From: Centroscyllium fabricii
Taxonomy: Eukaryota
Reading direction: 5' to 3'
Assembly: GCA_051313645.2 (NCBI GenBank)
Contig: JBNRSN020000015.1
Span: 30,628,001-30,692,000 of the forward strand
Length of the DNA: 64,000 bases
Made by a program: the position numbers and the translations under genes. How positions within the stretch are numbered: the stretch's first letter is position 1; each line of letters starts with the position of its first letter. Below are positions 46,901 through 58,411 of this stretch, piece after piece. The notes below the pieces were generated by a model. The model was not told where the DNA came from, made no database searches, and saw only the letters and a program-made list of their open reading frames with translations.

Positions 46901-48602
46901 TCATCCTTCAAGCTGTGATACTCACTCAGAGGAATTACATTAACTTGAGCTCCAGTGTCTAGTTTAAACCTAGGCTCTGTGCCCTGTTTTCCTACCTCAC
47001 TATCTGCGAAAGCTTGTTCAGTCTCTGAAATCTGTTTTTTCTGTGACACAGAATCGGTAAACAGTTCCTTTGCATTTGGCTCTCTATCTGACATTTGGCT
47101 GTCACTCACTGTGTGTACTGCTTTCCTAAAAACAGTCCTGCACACTTAAGCAAAATGGTTCAGTTTACCACATTTAGCACATTGCCTTCCTCTGGCAAGG
47201 CAATTCTCATTTTCCCGATGCGCCTTGTTTCCGCAATGTCCACAGTATCTGAATCGTTTTATGTCTGTGTCATCCATTTTTGGAACTCTCTCTGAGCTTT
47301 CTGTTTTGAAACACGCTCTCTGGGCGGTGTTCTTTGGTGTGTATCTATTAACTGCGTGCACTTACTGTTCACGCAAGCTCTTGGGCTATCTCGTGTGATC
47401 TAGCTATGTCCATAGCTTTGTCCAGCGTTAGCCCGGACCCAACATTCAAAAGTTTCTCTCTCACTTTAGCTGAATGTATTTCAAATACGATGCGGTCTCT
47501 GACCATCTCGTCCTCGTCTGCATTTGCACAGTCTTTTACCAGCAGTTTTAACTCAGTCATGAACGGTTCAAATGACTCACTACCTCCTTGTACTTTCTCC
47601 TGCAACTTGTACCTAGCAAATATCGTATTTGTCTTGGGCATCACGTATAGTTCAAAATGATCAAATAATTTTTTCAGTACCTTTGCTTCATCCATGGTGA
47701 GAGACCATGGGGCAGAAATTGGTTGGCTTGCGCCAGCCGTTAGCACCCAAAGAGGGCTGCTAATGGGGCGCAAGGCACCAAGCTCCTGGTCTGGCACCTC
47801 CAGTGATATTCAGCGGGGTGCTGGCGGCAGTGGAAGCTGGTAGCGCATCGTGGCGCCGCGCGCAGTGCCTCGCTCACGCCCCAGCTGCGAACTTCAGTCG
47901 CGCCCCCTGACTTAGTGCCGGACACTGTCTGTGACAGGGTCAGGGGACACAGTTGCAGCCAGGCCAGCGCTATTTAAAGGGGAGGTGCCGGGCACCCATT
48001 TAACTTGCTGGCCGCCTGCCAGCACCTGCCCCCTCTTCCATCACCGATGCCCCCCTGGGGAGTGCTGGCTGTGCTCCGTGCATCCGGCACTTCCCTCGAG
48101 TGCTGGGCTCCTTTGCCGGCATTCCGATCCCCAGCGGTCCAACGGAGCTCCAGGCCGCGCCGCGCTAGGCCACTCCCCTTTAAAAATGGGAGGGAGGCCT
48201 GCAGTACCGTGGCGCGGCATGCAGCAGAGCGTGGCACAGCGACACACAGTGGCCTGAACTTCAGTTGTTGCGCACAAGGGACGAGGTGGGGCACTTGCAG
48301 TAGCACCCCACCTCCTACTTGGGGCGCTAAAACCTAATTTACGACGGAACGGCGCTAACTTTTTTGAGGCGCTACTTTTCGAGGTTAGCGCCCCAAACGG
48401 GCCGCAACCCAATGTGTTGAAAATATCTTTCCCTTTTTCTCCGACCCATAGGAGTAGATAGCTGCATCTTTCTTCTTCCCCTTTTCTTTGGAGAGGACCA
48501 GTGAACATCAACTTCATGTGTTATTTGAACTTGCACCATTCTCCAGGTAAATTCAAAGATTCCCAATTTATTCTCAGTAAAGAAGCTCCAACGATGTCCA
48601 TT
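43960..48602 (-). pseudogene. Frameshifted gag-pol
   Basis: Two CCHC knuckles; PR KLDTGAQVN; RT LRVCLDPRDL and MDARSGYW; RH VDASKYGLG; IN HAGHMG..C..C and SDNGPQY. Confidence 0.92.
47709..48413. mobile_element. Harbinger-type MITE inserted in gag, right TIR clipped
   Basis: Starts GGGGCAGAAATTGGTTGG; interrupts DIFNT|WSLT; related sequence begins at 57077. Confidence 0.72.
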
Positions 48603-49146
48603 TTCAATCCCTTATTCTGACACCATGTCTTGTTTTGCACACTTTATACTAAAATATTAAACTGCAGGACAACGGAGTATTAAAGTTTAACTCATTTATT
48701 TAGCAATAGGTCTGATGATCTTACTCAGCCAACACCACTGGGCAAACTGTGGCTTTAGGACCCCTGTTCTGGATCTTTCCAAACAGTAGCTGTCCTTGCA
48801 GATGCCTGCAGGCCAATGACAATTCAGCATGTAATCACGTGAATATAATAGGTATTCCTTACAGATGCCGGCGGGCCAATGATAAATTAATATGCAAATA
48901 TTACATTCGGGAATGAATCCATATCCACCTTTCGCATCCAGTGTTAACAAGCATTTCATATGCTGGCATAGCATCAGTTGGGTGTTACAGGTCTTTCTGA
49001 TCTGTCCCCAAAATGTGTCTTAACTCCAACCTCAGAAGAGCATTCCCTACTTGCATCAGTGTGATGTGCGCAGGGAAATGGGATGAAAATCTTCACATTG
49101 TAAAGTGGACCATATTAAAGAGAGACCCCAGAGTATCTTTTATGTC

Positions 49147-49462
49147 GGCACGGTGGCATAGTGGTTAGCACTGTTGCCTCACAGCGCCAGGGGCATGGGT
49201 TCAAATCCGGCCTCGGATACTATCTGTGTGGAAGTTTGCACATTCTCCCCGTGTCTGCGTGGGCTTCCTCCGGGTGCTCCGGTTTCCTCCCACAGTCCAA
49301 AGATGTGCGGGTTAGGTTGATTGGCCAGGATAAATTGACTCTTAGTGTTAGGGGGATTAAATATGTGGGGTTATGGGGATAGGGTGGGATATGTGTCGGT
49401 GCGGTGCAGGCTCGATGGGCCGAAATGGCCTCTATCTGCACTGTAGGGATTCTATGATTCTA
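49147..49462 (+). mobile_element. Full-length V-SINE (HE1-like)
   Basis: A box TGGCATAGTGG, B box GGTTCAAATCC, V-domain, CR1-derived ATTCTATG tail. Confidence 0.92.
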
Positions 49463-49493
49463 TTGCTGGATCTGTTTTTAATTGACACAGCAG

Positions 49494-49915
49494 GTGTCAA
49501 CTGTGGCTCAGTTGGTAGCAGTCTCGCCTCTTGAGTCAGAAGGTTGTGGAATCAAGTCACATTCCAGAGACTTGAACACAATCCAGGCAGCCACTCCAGT
49601 GCAGTACTGAGGGAGTGCTGCTCTGTCGGAGATGCCGTCTTTTAGATGAGACATTAACCCAAGGTCCTGTCTGCACTCTCAGGTGGACGTAAAAGATCCC
49701 ATGGCACTATTTGAAGAAGAGCAGGGGAGTTCTCCCTGGTGTCCTGGCCAATATTTATTCCTCAACCAATATCACACAAAAACAATTATCTGGTCATTTT
49801 CTTATTCCTACGTTACAGCAGTGACTACACTTCAAAAGTACTTCATTGGCTGTAAAGCGCTTTGGGGCGTCCTGAGGTCATGAAAGGCACTATATAAATG
49901 CAAATTCTTCTTTAA
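49494..49915 (+). mobile_element. Near full-length DeuSINE (SacSINE1-like)
   Basis: A box TGGCTCAGTTGG, Deu-domain, L2-type tail. Confidence 0.9.
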
Positions 49916-50767
49916 TTGTTCTTTGCGAGCGGTATGAAAGCAAAATGTGGAAATTGCTGTGCTGAAGTGTTCATTGTGCTTGCACAAAATAAATAGAATG
50001 ATTCAGAAGCACTCAGTCTTTAGTTAGCTTAACTGCAGTGCTTCCCTGCTGGTGCATAATACTTAGCCAGGCTGATGCTCTGTCTGATAGAAAAAGGAGA
50101 GGAAGTGATTCAGAACACTGCCAGGACTGTTTCAGTAACCGGTCAGAAAGGTTCTAAACACAGTGAATTGTGAGTGCGGCCCTTATGCTTGTGTTTGGGC
50201 TTGTGTCTACTCAGAACTGGGATGACCTACACATTTTGGGGAAAAAAATGGGTAAACACGAGATTAGTCAAATATCACGGAAGTCTAATTTACTTAAAAT
50301 AAAGATCCGGATAACTTTGTTTAGGTGTTAAGCCTCCCTGAGTGTAGAATTTCATTTTGTAGGTTCTGGGCAAATGTTTAATTTCTTCACTGTTACATTC
50401 CAGCTCAACACATCATCCTTGGTATAAAACATGAGGTATTTATATGGTCAGAAATTTCATAAGACCTTATTAGAGTGACTTAATTGGGAGTCTGTACAAT
50501 GACGAGTCTGTGCCTTGTAACAGAACAAAGTCTTAAAAAAACACAGCAAGAGATCAATGTAAGCTTTACATGACTACAGAGAAGCTATTGGTGCCAGAGT
50601 CACTCCAGTTTTCCCCTTTTCCTACTGCAACATGGCGAGATGCTTTAGAACAGAGAGATGCTGGCTCATGTCTAGCCTGATCTGCTAGTTTAATGACTGA
50701 CTGTAACAAACCATTCCGCTGCCAAATGAGGAGTTTTTCCATTATTCAAAAGAGTTTCAAGAACTGG

Positions 50768-50954
50768 CCTCCCCAATTGTTCAGTGTATAAATGGACCAG
50801 GTATTGTGGTGCTGAGCCATACATGACCAAAAAAAGGCCCCAGATAAAACCCTGCTTTGTGTTGCATTAGCTGACCTTAGTTGGGTGGTTGCGGGAATGT
50901 GATGGTTGATCTCAGTGTCCTTGACCTAAAGGCAAGGAAAATGAGCCAGGGTTC
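50768..50954 (+). mobile_element. Ancient SINE remnant (LF-SINE-like, tentative), target of the Gypsy insertion
   Basis: Similar to 21587-21680; appears to continue after 55880. Confidence 0.4.
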
Positions 50955-51291
50955 TGACGTATCGTCAATCAAACACGAAAGACGAGTAGTTACCCAAACT
51001 ACAAGCTTTTATTCACTTACAATGGAGCTAGTCTCCTGTCAAGTTCAAGGCAAGAATGAGCGGGGGCAGGGCGGCCCTTACCTATATGGTCCCACCTTAG
51101 GGGAGGAGTTAGAGGTGTGGCTGACCTGGCCTTGCACACAATGTACAGAGTTGAAGGTGAACACATCCATATATATATATATACACTGGTAATTACGGTT
51201 ACCACGTTCACCCCTTCTTTAAAACAAGTCCGGCGGGATGAACGAGAGAAGAAGAAGAAAAAAAGAATTTTAATATGTCCGTTAGACACAA

Positions 51292-54200
51292 TCAGCAGTG
51301 CGCTATTAGTCTCTCTGGCGGTCGCGTCTGCCTCGAGTACTGCCGGGGTGCCGGTAACGGTGGTGGTGCCGGTTGCAGGGCCGGGATCGGGCTCTCCGCC
51401 AACGGTGCCGGCGGTGCGGTGTCTGATCCCGGGTCGTTGATCGGTGGTGTTGAGGACCCCGGTGTGTGTATGTATGGGGGCCAGTATTCGGTGGGTGGTG
51501 GCTGTTCGGGCTGAGGCTCGACCGGGGGTTCTGCCCTAGTGCTCCCGGCGGGCGCCAGGTCCCTGATCGAGACTGTGTCCTCGCTCCAGTCCGGGAATGT
51601 CACGTAAGCATACTGCGGGTTGGCGTGGAGCACGTGCACCCGTTCCACCAGGGGTCTGTCTTGTGGCCGCGGACGTGTTTCCTAAGCAACACCGGCCCCT
51701 GCGCTGTGAGCCACAGCGGGAGTGCTGTCCCCGAAGTCAATTTCCTGGGGAAGGAAAATAACAGGTCGTGAGGTGTTGAATTAGTAGCGGTACACAACAG
51801 AGAGTGGATGGCATGGAGCGCGTCTGGGAGGACCTCCTGCCAACGGGAAACTGGAAGGCCTCTGGACTTCAGGCCCAGGTTGACCGCCTTCCAGATGGTC
51901 CCGTTCTCCCTTTGAACCTGGCCGTTCCCCCGGGGGTTGTAACTGGTCGTTCTGCTTGAGGCAACCCCTTTCTGAAGCAGAAACTGACGCAGCTCGTCGC
52001 TCATGAACGACGACCCCCGGTCGCTATGGATGTAGCTGGGGAGACCGAAAATGGCGAACAGCGTGGTGCAGTGTTTGATCACCGTTGCACTCGTCATGTC
52101 TGGGCAGGGGAAGGCGAAGGGGAAGCGTGAGAACTCGTCTATGACCGTGAGGAAATACGAGTTGTGGTCAGTGGAGGGGAGGGGGCCTTTGAAGTCCACG
52201 CTCAGGCGTTCAAAGGGGCGGGTGGCCTTGATGATGTGCACCGTGTCTGGCCTGTAAAATGGGGTTTGTACTCGGCACAGACAGGGCACTCTTTGGTCAT
52301 AGCCTTTATCTCCATGATGGAGTAGGGGAGGCTACGGGATTTGACGAAGTGGGCAAGTCTGGTGACACCTGGGTGGCAGAGGCGATCGTGGAGGGCCTTC
52401 AGCCGGTCAAGCTGGGCGCTGGCGCATGTTCCCCTGGACAGTGCGTCTGGGGGTTCATTGAGTTTGCCTGGACGGTAAAGAATGTCGTACTCGTAAGTCG
52501 AGAGCTCGATCCGCCACCGCAGGATCTTATTCTTGATTTTACCCCGTTGTTTATTATTAAACATAAACGCCACCGACCGTTGGTGAGTGAGCAGGGTAAA
52601 ACGCTTACCGGCCAGGTAATGACGCCAGTAGCGCACTGCCTCCACGATGGCCTGGGCCTCCTTTTCCACTGCTGAGTGGCGAGTTTCGGGTCCCTGTAGG
52701 GTCCGGGAGAAAAACGCTACGGGCCTGCCTGCCTGGTTCAGGGTGGCGGCAAGGGCGAAGTCCGAAGCGTCACTCTCCACCTGGAAAGGGATGGACTCAT
52801 CAACGGCATGCATGGTCACCTTGATGATGTCTTCCTTAATCCGAGCGAATGCCGTTTGGGCTTCTTCCGAGAGGGGGAAGACGTCGGCCTTGTGTAGTGG
52901 TCTGGCCTTATCCGCGTACTGGGGGACCCATTGCGCGTAATAAGAAAAGAACCCTAGACATCTCCTCAGGGCTTTGGGGTTGTGAGGTAAGGGCACCTCT
53001 TGCAAGGGGCGCATACGCTGTGGGTCAGGGCCGAGGACCCCGTTTTCCACCGCGTATCCGAGGATAGCGAGCCGATCCGTACTAAAGACACACTTGTCTT
53101 TATTGTACGTGAGATCCAGCCGTTTCGCCGTGTGCAGGAATTTGGCGAGGTTGGCATCGTGGTCCTGCTGGTCATGGCCGCAGATGGTCACGTTGTCCAG
53201 GTAGGGGAAGGTGGCCTGCAACCCGTTCTGGTCAACCATATGGTCCATCTCCCTCTGGAACACCGACACTCCGTTGGTCACGCCGAAGGGGACCCGGAGG
53301 AAGTGGTAGAGCCGGCCGTTCGCCTCGAAGGCGGTGTAATGGCGGTCGGATTTCCGGATGTGGAGTTGGTGATACGCCGACTTAAGGTCGATTGTGGAAA
53401 AGACCTTGCACTGGCCGATTTGGTTTACCATATCCGAGATGCGGGGGAGGGGGTAGGCATCGAGCCCGGTGCAGCGGTTAATCGTCTGGCTATAGTCAAT
53501 GACCATGCGCAGTTTCTCGCCCGTCTTAACCACCACGACCTGGGCCCGCCAAGGGCTGGTGCTGGCCTCAATGATCCCTTCTTGCAGCATACGCCCGACT
53601 TACGACCTGATAAACGCCCGGTCCCCTGCACTGTAACGCCGACTTTTAGTAGGAATGGGCTTGCATTTGGGGTCGAGATTGGCGAACAGTGAGGGGGTTG
53701 TCGACTTTTAATGTGGACAGGCCGCAAGTCGAGCTCCGCTTTAAGTAGGGATTGTCCTGGCTACTGACGGTGAGGGGTCCAGGGTTCCACCGAAATCCAT
53801 CGTCACGCTCTTCAGGTGGCACTGGAAATCCAGTCCCAGTAAGACTGGGGCGCACAACTGCTGGAGGATGTACAACTTAAAGTTGCGGTAAATGCAGTCC
53901 CTGATCGTGAGCGTGTTGCTGCAGTAGCCGGTGATGTCCGCCGTGTGGGACTTTGAGGCAAGGGAGATTTGGTAGGGCGTGGGCTGGGTCCGCAGTGCGT
54001 AGCGCCGCACTGTGTCGGGATGTATAAAGCTCTCTGTGCTACCGGTGTCGAACTGTCAGTTAGTGACGTGCCCGTCCACCTCAATCCCCATCATGGAGTT
54101 GGACAAGGTGTGCGGCCTAGCCTGATCGACAGTGGTTGAGGCCGAGGTGGATGTGTGTGAGTGGGGGCCCTCCACTAGCTGGGGCCCCGGCCGGGGCAGT

Positions 54201-55603
54201 TGGCAAGATGGCCGCTCGTAAGATGGCGGCGCTGGCAATGCGCTCGAGTCCGGCTGCTGTGGGCAAGATGGCGGCGCCCGTGGTTCGCACACGGCCGACC
54301 ACGGTGGATAAGATGGCGGTACCCGTGGTTCACACGCGGCGGACCGCGGTGGACAAGATGGCGGCGCCCGTGGTTCGCACGTGACCGACCGCGGTGGACA
54401 AGATGGCGGTGCCGGGGGTCGCACATGGCCGACCGTTGAGGATAAGATGGCGGTGCCCATGGTTCGCACGCGGCAGACTGCGGTGGACAAGATGGCGGCG
54501 CCGGGGGGTACGCACATGGCCGACTGCTGAGGATAAGATGGCGGCACCCGTGGTTCTCACGCGGCGGACCGCGGTGGAAGAGATGGCGGTGCCGGGGAGT
54601 CGCACATGGCCGACCGCTGAGGATAAGATGGCGGCACCAGGGGGCCGCATATGGCCGGCCGCTGTCGCGTTTGGAGTGGCGGCGCCCGTGCTGCGCGTGC
54701 GGCCGGCCTCCGCCGTACAGTTAAGGGGGACTGAGGCGCCTGCGATTTACCCCCGTCTGACCGCTGCTGGGTCGCGCTGCAACACCGTACCTTGGGCCAT
54801 GGAGTGGCATCGCTGTTTTCACAGGCCGCGCTGTTGGGGCTGGAGATGGAGGCTGGGCTGGACTTGCACACCTTCGCGTAGTGCCCCTTCTTCGCGCACC
54901 GCTCGCAGGTCGCGTTCCTCGCGGGGCACTGCGCCCGCGGGTGCTTCCCTTGGCTGCAGAAGTAACATCTGTGCCCCGCTGGTGTCTTCGCAGCTGCCGC
55001 TGCCATCGTGGGGGTCTCGGCCTGTCGCGGTGTCGCCCAGGGGTCAGGGGTATCGTGTGGGCCATGGTTTCCGTACGCCGCCAGCTTTCGGAGCGCTCCG
55101 TCCACCGCATTTGAAAGAGTTATTGCGGACTCGAGCGACAGTGTGTCCTGCTCCAGCAGCCGCTGGCGGGCCTGGCTGGACCTGAGTCCAGCCACATATG
55201 CATCCCGTATTAGGAGGTTCGCTTCTTCCTCCGCCGTCCTTGGCTGGCAGTCGCAGGCCCGTGCGAGGGCTTGAAGCGTTAGTAAGAACTGTTCATTGGA
55301 CTCACCGAGTCATTGTCGTCTGGTCGCCAGAACATGCCTGGCATAGACCGACTGGGCCGGGCGCATGTAGCAGTCCTTTAGTTTCTTCACCGCTTCCCCG
55401 TACGTCTTGAGGCCGCGGATAGAGGAATACACCCGGCCGCTGATCCGTGATGAGAGTACCTGGAGTTTGTCCTCATCTCTTGTAGCCTTTACGGCCTTCA
55501 TGTAGGCCTCGACCAGGCCGAACCAGTGTTCGAAGTTGTTAGCAGAATCGGGTGCCTGAGGATTGATATCGAGGCGATCCGGTTTCACTGCGTTACTCTC
55601 CAT
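51292..55603 (-). pseudogene. gag-pol with a stop and frameshifts
   Basis: gag YARHVLATRRQ, two CCHC; PR FDTGSTESFI; RT RMVIDYSQTIN and YLDNVTI; RH ESDASD; IN HDRLCHPG..C..C and HSDRGSSF. Confidence 0.93.
54205..54650. repeat. 45-bp coding minisatellite (~10 units) between gag and protease
   Basis: (A)AGATGGCGG recurs at 54220, 54265, 54310, 54355, 54400, 54444, 54489, 54535, 54580 and 54625. Confidence 0.92.
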
Positions 55604-56035
55604 GTTTTAAATTTAAGTGAATAAAATTGACGTATCGTCAATCAAACACGAAAGACGAGTAGTTTCCCAAACTACAGGCTTTTATTCACTTACAATGGAG
55701 CTAGTCTCCTGTCGAGTTCAAGGCGAGAATGAGCGGGGGCAGGACGGTCCTCACCTATATGCTCCCACCTGAGGGGAGGAGTTAGAGGTGTGGCTGACCT
55801 GGCCTTGCACACAATGTACAGAGTTGAAGGTGAACACATCCATATATATGTACACTGGTAATTACGGTTCCCACAGGTTCCCACTTGTACCTCTGTCGGA
55901 AAGTCTACTTATGCAATGTTTAAGGACCAGATTGACACAAAAGATCCCAAGGCACTATTTCTGAGAAGAGTTGGGGAATTCTCGCCGGTGTCCTGGCCAT
56001 TATTTATCCCTCAACCAATATCTAAAAACAGATTC

Positions 56036-57075
56036 AAAAAGAAAATACTGCAGATGCTGGAATTCTGAGATAAAAACAGAAAATGCTGGAGATGCTCAGC
56101 AGGTCAGGCAGCATCTGTGGAGAGAGAAACAGAGTTAATGGCCCAGAAATTGCAGTCTGCGCATATCGGGTTTAAGCTCTGGTGCGAGCGCACCAGAGCT
56201 TAAACCCGCAGGAAGCAGCCGGTGGGGGGGTCGCTGCTTCCTGCGAGGTCCAGCGCAGGAAGCAGTGAACTACGGGATCATCCAGTCTTTCCGATGTTTT
56301 TAAAAAGTTTTTCTACGGACCAAGAGCAGAAAATTCAACGCTGGAAAATAGGAGTCGTAAACACCTGTTTTTATCTGGTAAGTGTGTATTTTATTGATTT
56401 GAATTGTTTTTTCAGGTTTTTAATTGTTGATAACTTTAAAGACAGGTAAGTATTTTTTTAGACCTGTTGGAAGTGGAAAAAAAATTCTGCAAATTTTTAT
56501 TTTTTCTTTAAAATAGGTTATTTGTGTTAGTTGGGGTAATGTTTAAAAAATGTGTTTGTAAAATTTTATTTTTGTGTTTAGATGTCTTTTGGGAATCTCT
56601 CTTTTCAAAACTCGCACAGATTTCTCTTGTGGAAGTTTTGAACGGAGAATTGCTTCCACTGATTGGCTCCCTGCCAATCATGTGGTCTCAAAATCCACCT
56701 CGCACTAATTACGCCCTTCAGATGCCCATGAAACTCGCATGGAGCTCTGACAGGCTGGGCTAACGGTAATTTCTCAGTGCAAAAAAGCAAAACTGAATAT
56801 GGGCAATTAAAGTGCGTTAAGTAGGTACTGCACCCGCACAAAGGCTCCACTGCAATTTCTGGGCCAATGTTTCAGGTCGATGACCATTCGGCAGAACTGG
56901 GAAAAAAGCAGGAAATGGAACAGATTTTTAAGCAAGTGTAGGGGCTGGGAAAGGGGGGAGGGGATGAAAGAACAAAAAGGAAGGTCTGTAATAGGATAGA
57001 AGGCAGGAGGGTTTAAGAGACATTAAGAGATATTCAAGGCAAAAGGGGATGGTAATGGGGACAGGTTAAGAAACC
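56036..57075 (-). mobile_element. Penelope-like terminal repeat split by a MITE
   Basis: CAGAAAATGCTGGA..GCATCTGTGGAGAGAGAAACAGAGTTAA|TGTTTCAGGTCGATGACC; a further copy lies at 57705-57805. Confidence 0.8.
56140..56865. mobile_element. Non-autonomous PIF/Harbinger-type MITE
   Basis: Perfect 17-bp TIR GGCCCAGAAATTGCAGT; exact TSD AAT. Confidence 0.9.
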
Positions 57076-57076
57076 A

Positions 57077-57700
57077 GGGGGGAAGATTCGGTTGGTTGCA
57101 CCTCCTGTTAGCGCCTTAGGAGGGCGCTAATGGGGGTGCAAAGCAACTAGCGTCCGGGAGCGGTGAGTTTAGTGCCACTCGGGAAATTGACTAGGCATTT
57201 TGTGGTGGCGCTAAGCACTACCACCACGATCTCCTGCGCTGGCAGATGGTGACATTATTGGAGTGCGCAGCGCCCCAGTAGCGCCCCGGATCGGATATTG
57301 AGTGGCGCCCCCTGCCTTACCGCCTGCCGCTAGCAACGACAGGTTGAACGGAGTGTTCTGCAGTCAGAAAGGGACTGGGGGAGCGCTATTTAAAGGTGAC
57401 TGCTTCCTGCCTTTTTGTGTTGGTGACATTTATGCACCGTGCATTCTGAGAGAGTGAGAGAGAGACTTCTTGAGAGATTCAACACTGTGAAGGAGTTTTG
57501 GGTACTGAGCAGTACTTTGCAGGTTCATTTTGATTTGCCCTTCCTTGTATCGACTTTGAAGAGAATGTGGGGGCTGCACTCTCAGCTCTTTCCCTGGCTC
57601 TCTCCATTGTTCTTCCCAGCAGATTTGATGTACCTGTCTCTCCAGGCCAATATTCAAGGCTGCAATGAGCAGGATGTGGATAGAGAGCAAGATCAAGCCT
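57077..57700 (+). mobile_element. Harbinger left-end fragment, possibly with a Myb/SANT remnant
   Basis: Start resembles the 47709 element; weak RER..RF...LKRMW motif. Confidence 0.5.
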
Positions 57701-57827
57701 TAAGTTAAAACCAGAAAATGCAGGAGAAACTCAGCAGGCCAAGCAGCATCTGTGAAGAGAGAAACAGTTAACGTTTCAGGTCGATGACCATTCGCCAAAA
57801 CTCTCCTTTAAGAATTGGACATTGCCA

Positions 57828-58411
57828 CAGAGTCACAGAGTTATACAGCACAGAAAGAGGCCCTTCTGCCCATCGTGTCCACACCGGCCATCAAGCCCTA
57901 TCTAATCTAATCCCATTTTCCAGCACTTGGTCTGTAGCCTTTCAAGTGGTCATCTAAATGCTTCTTGAATGTTGTGATAGTTCCTGCCTCTACCACCCTT
58001 TCAGGCAGTGAGTTCCAGATTCCAACCACCCTCTGTGTGAAAAAGTTCTTCCTCAAATCCCCTCTAAACCTCCCGCCCCTGACCTTGAAACTATGCCCTC
58101 TGGTTATTGACCCCTCTACCAAGGGAAAAAGTTCCTTTCTATCTACCCTATCTATGCACCTCATAATTTTGTACACCTCAATCACGTCCCCCCTCAGCCT
58201 TCTCTGCTTCAAGAAAAACAACCCCAGCCTGTCCAGTTTCTCTTCATAGCTGATACGCTCTAGCCCAGGTAACATCCTGGTGAATCTCCTCTGCACCCTC
58301 TCCAAAGCAATCACATCCTTCCTATAGTGTGGCGACCAGTACGGCACACGGTATTCCAGCTGTGGCCTTACTAGCATTTTGTACAGCTCTATCATAACCT
58401 CCCTGCACTTA
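57828..58411 (-). mobile_element. CR1 3' fragment, cut by Gypsy element B
   Basis: LYKMLVRPQLEY..WSPHYRKD..WNSLPERVV. Confidence 0.92.

Larger units (their letters stand above)
43508..48905 (-). mobile_element. Full-length decayed Gypsy element, Mag-like
   Basis: LTRs at 43508-43788 and 48626-48905; 5-bp TSD TTCGA/TTCGG; PBS TGGTGTCAGAA (tRNA-Leu type, 48615-48625); polypurine tract next to the 3' LTR. Confidence 0.93.
50955..55875 (-). mobile_element. Full-length Gypsy element without a tRNA PBS (element A)
   Basis: LTRs at 50955-51206 and 55628-55875; exact TSD GGTTC; polypurine tract at 51207-51220. Confidence 0.95.

Noticed and set aside
49147-49570. tRNA genes
   Set aside because: The A/B boxes belong to SINE heads that continue into V or Deu domains and LINE-derived tails.
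54205-54650. CRISPR-like array
   Set aside because: Whole units are repeated with no unique spacers; it is a coding minisatellite in a eukaryotic retrotransposon and no cas genes are present.
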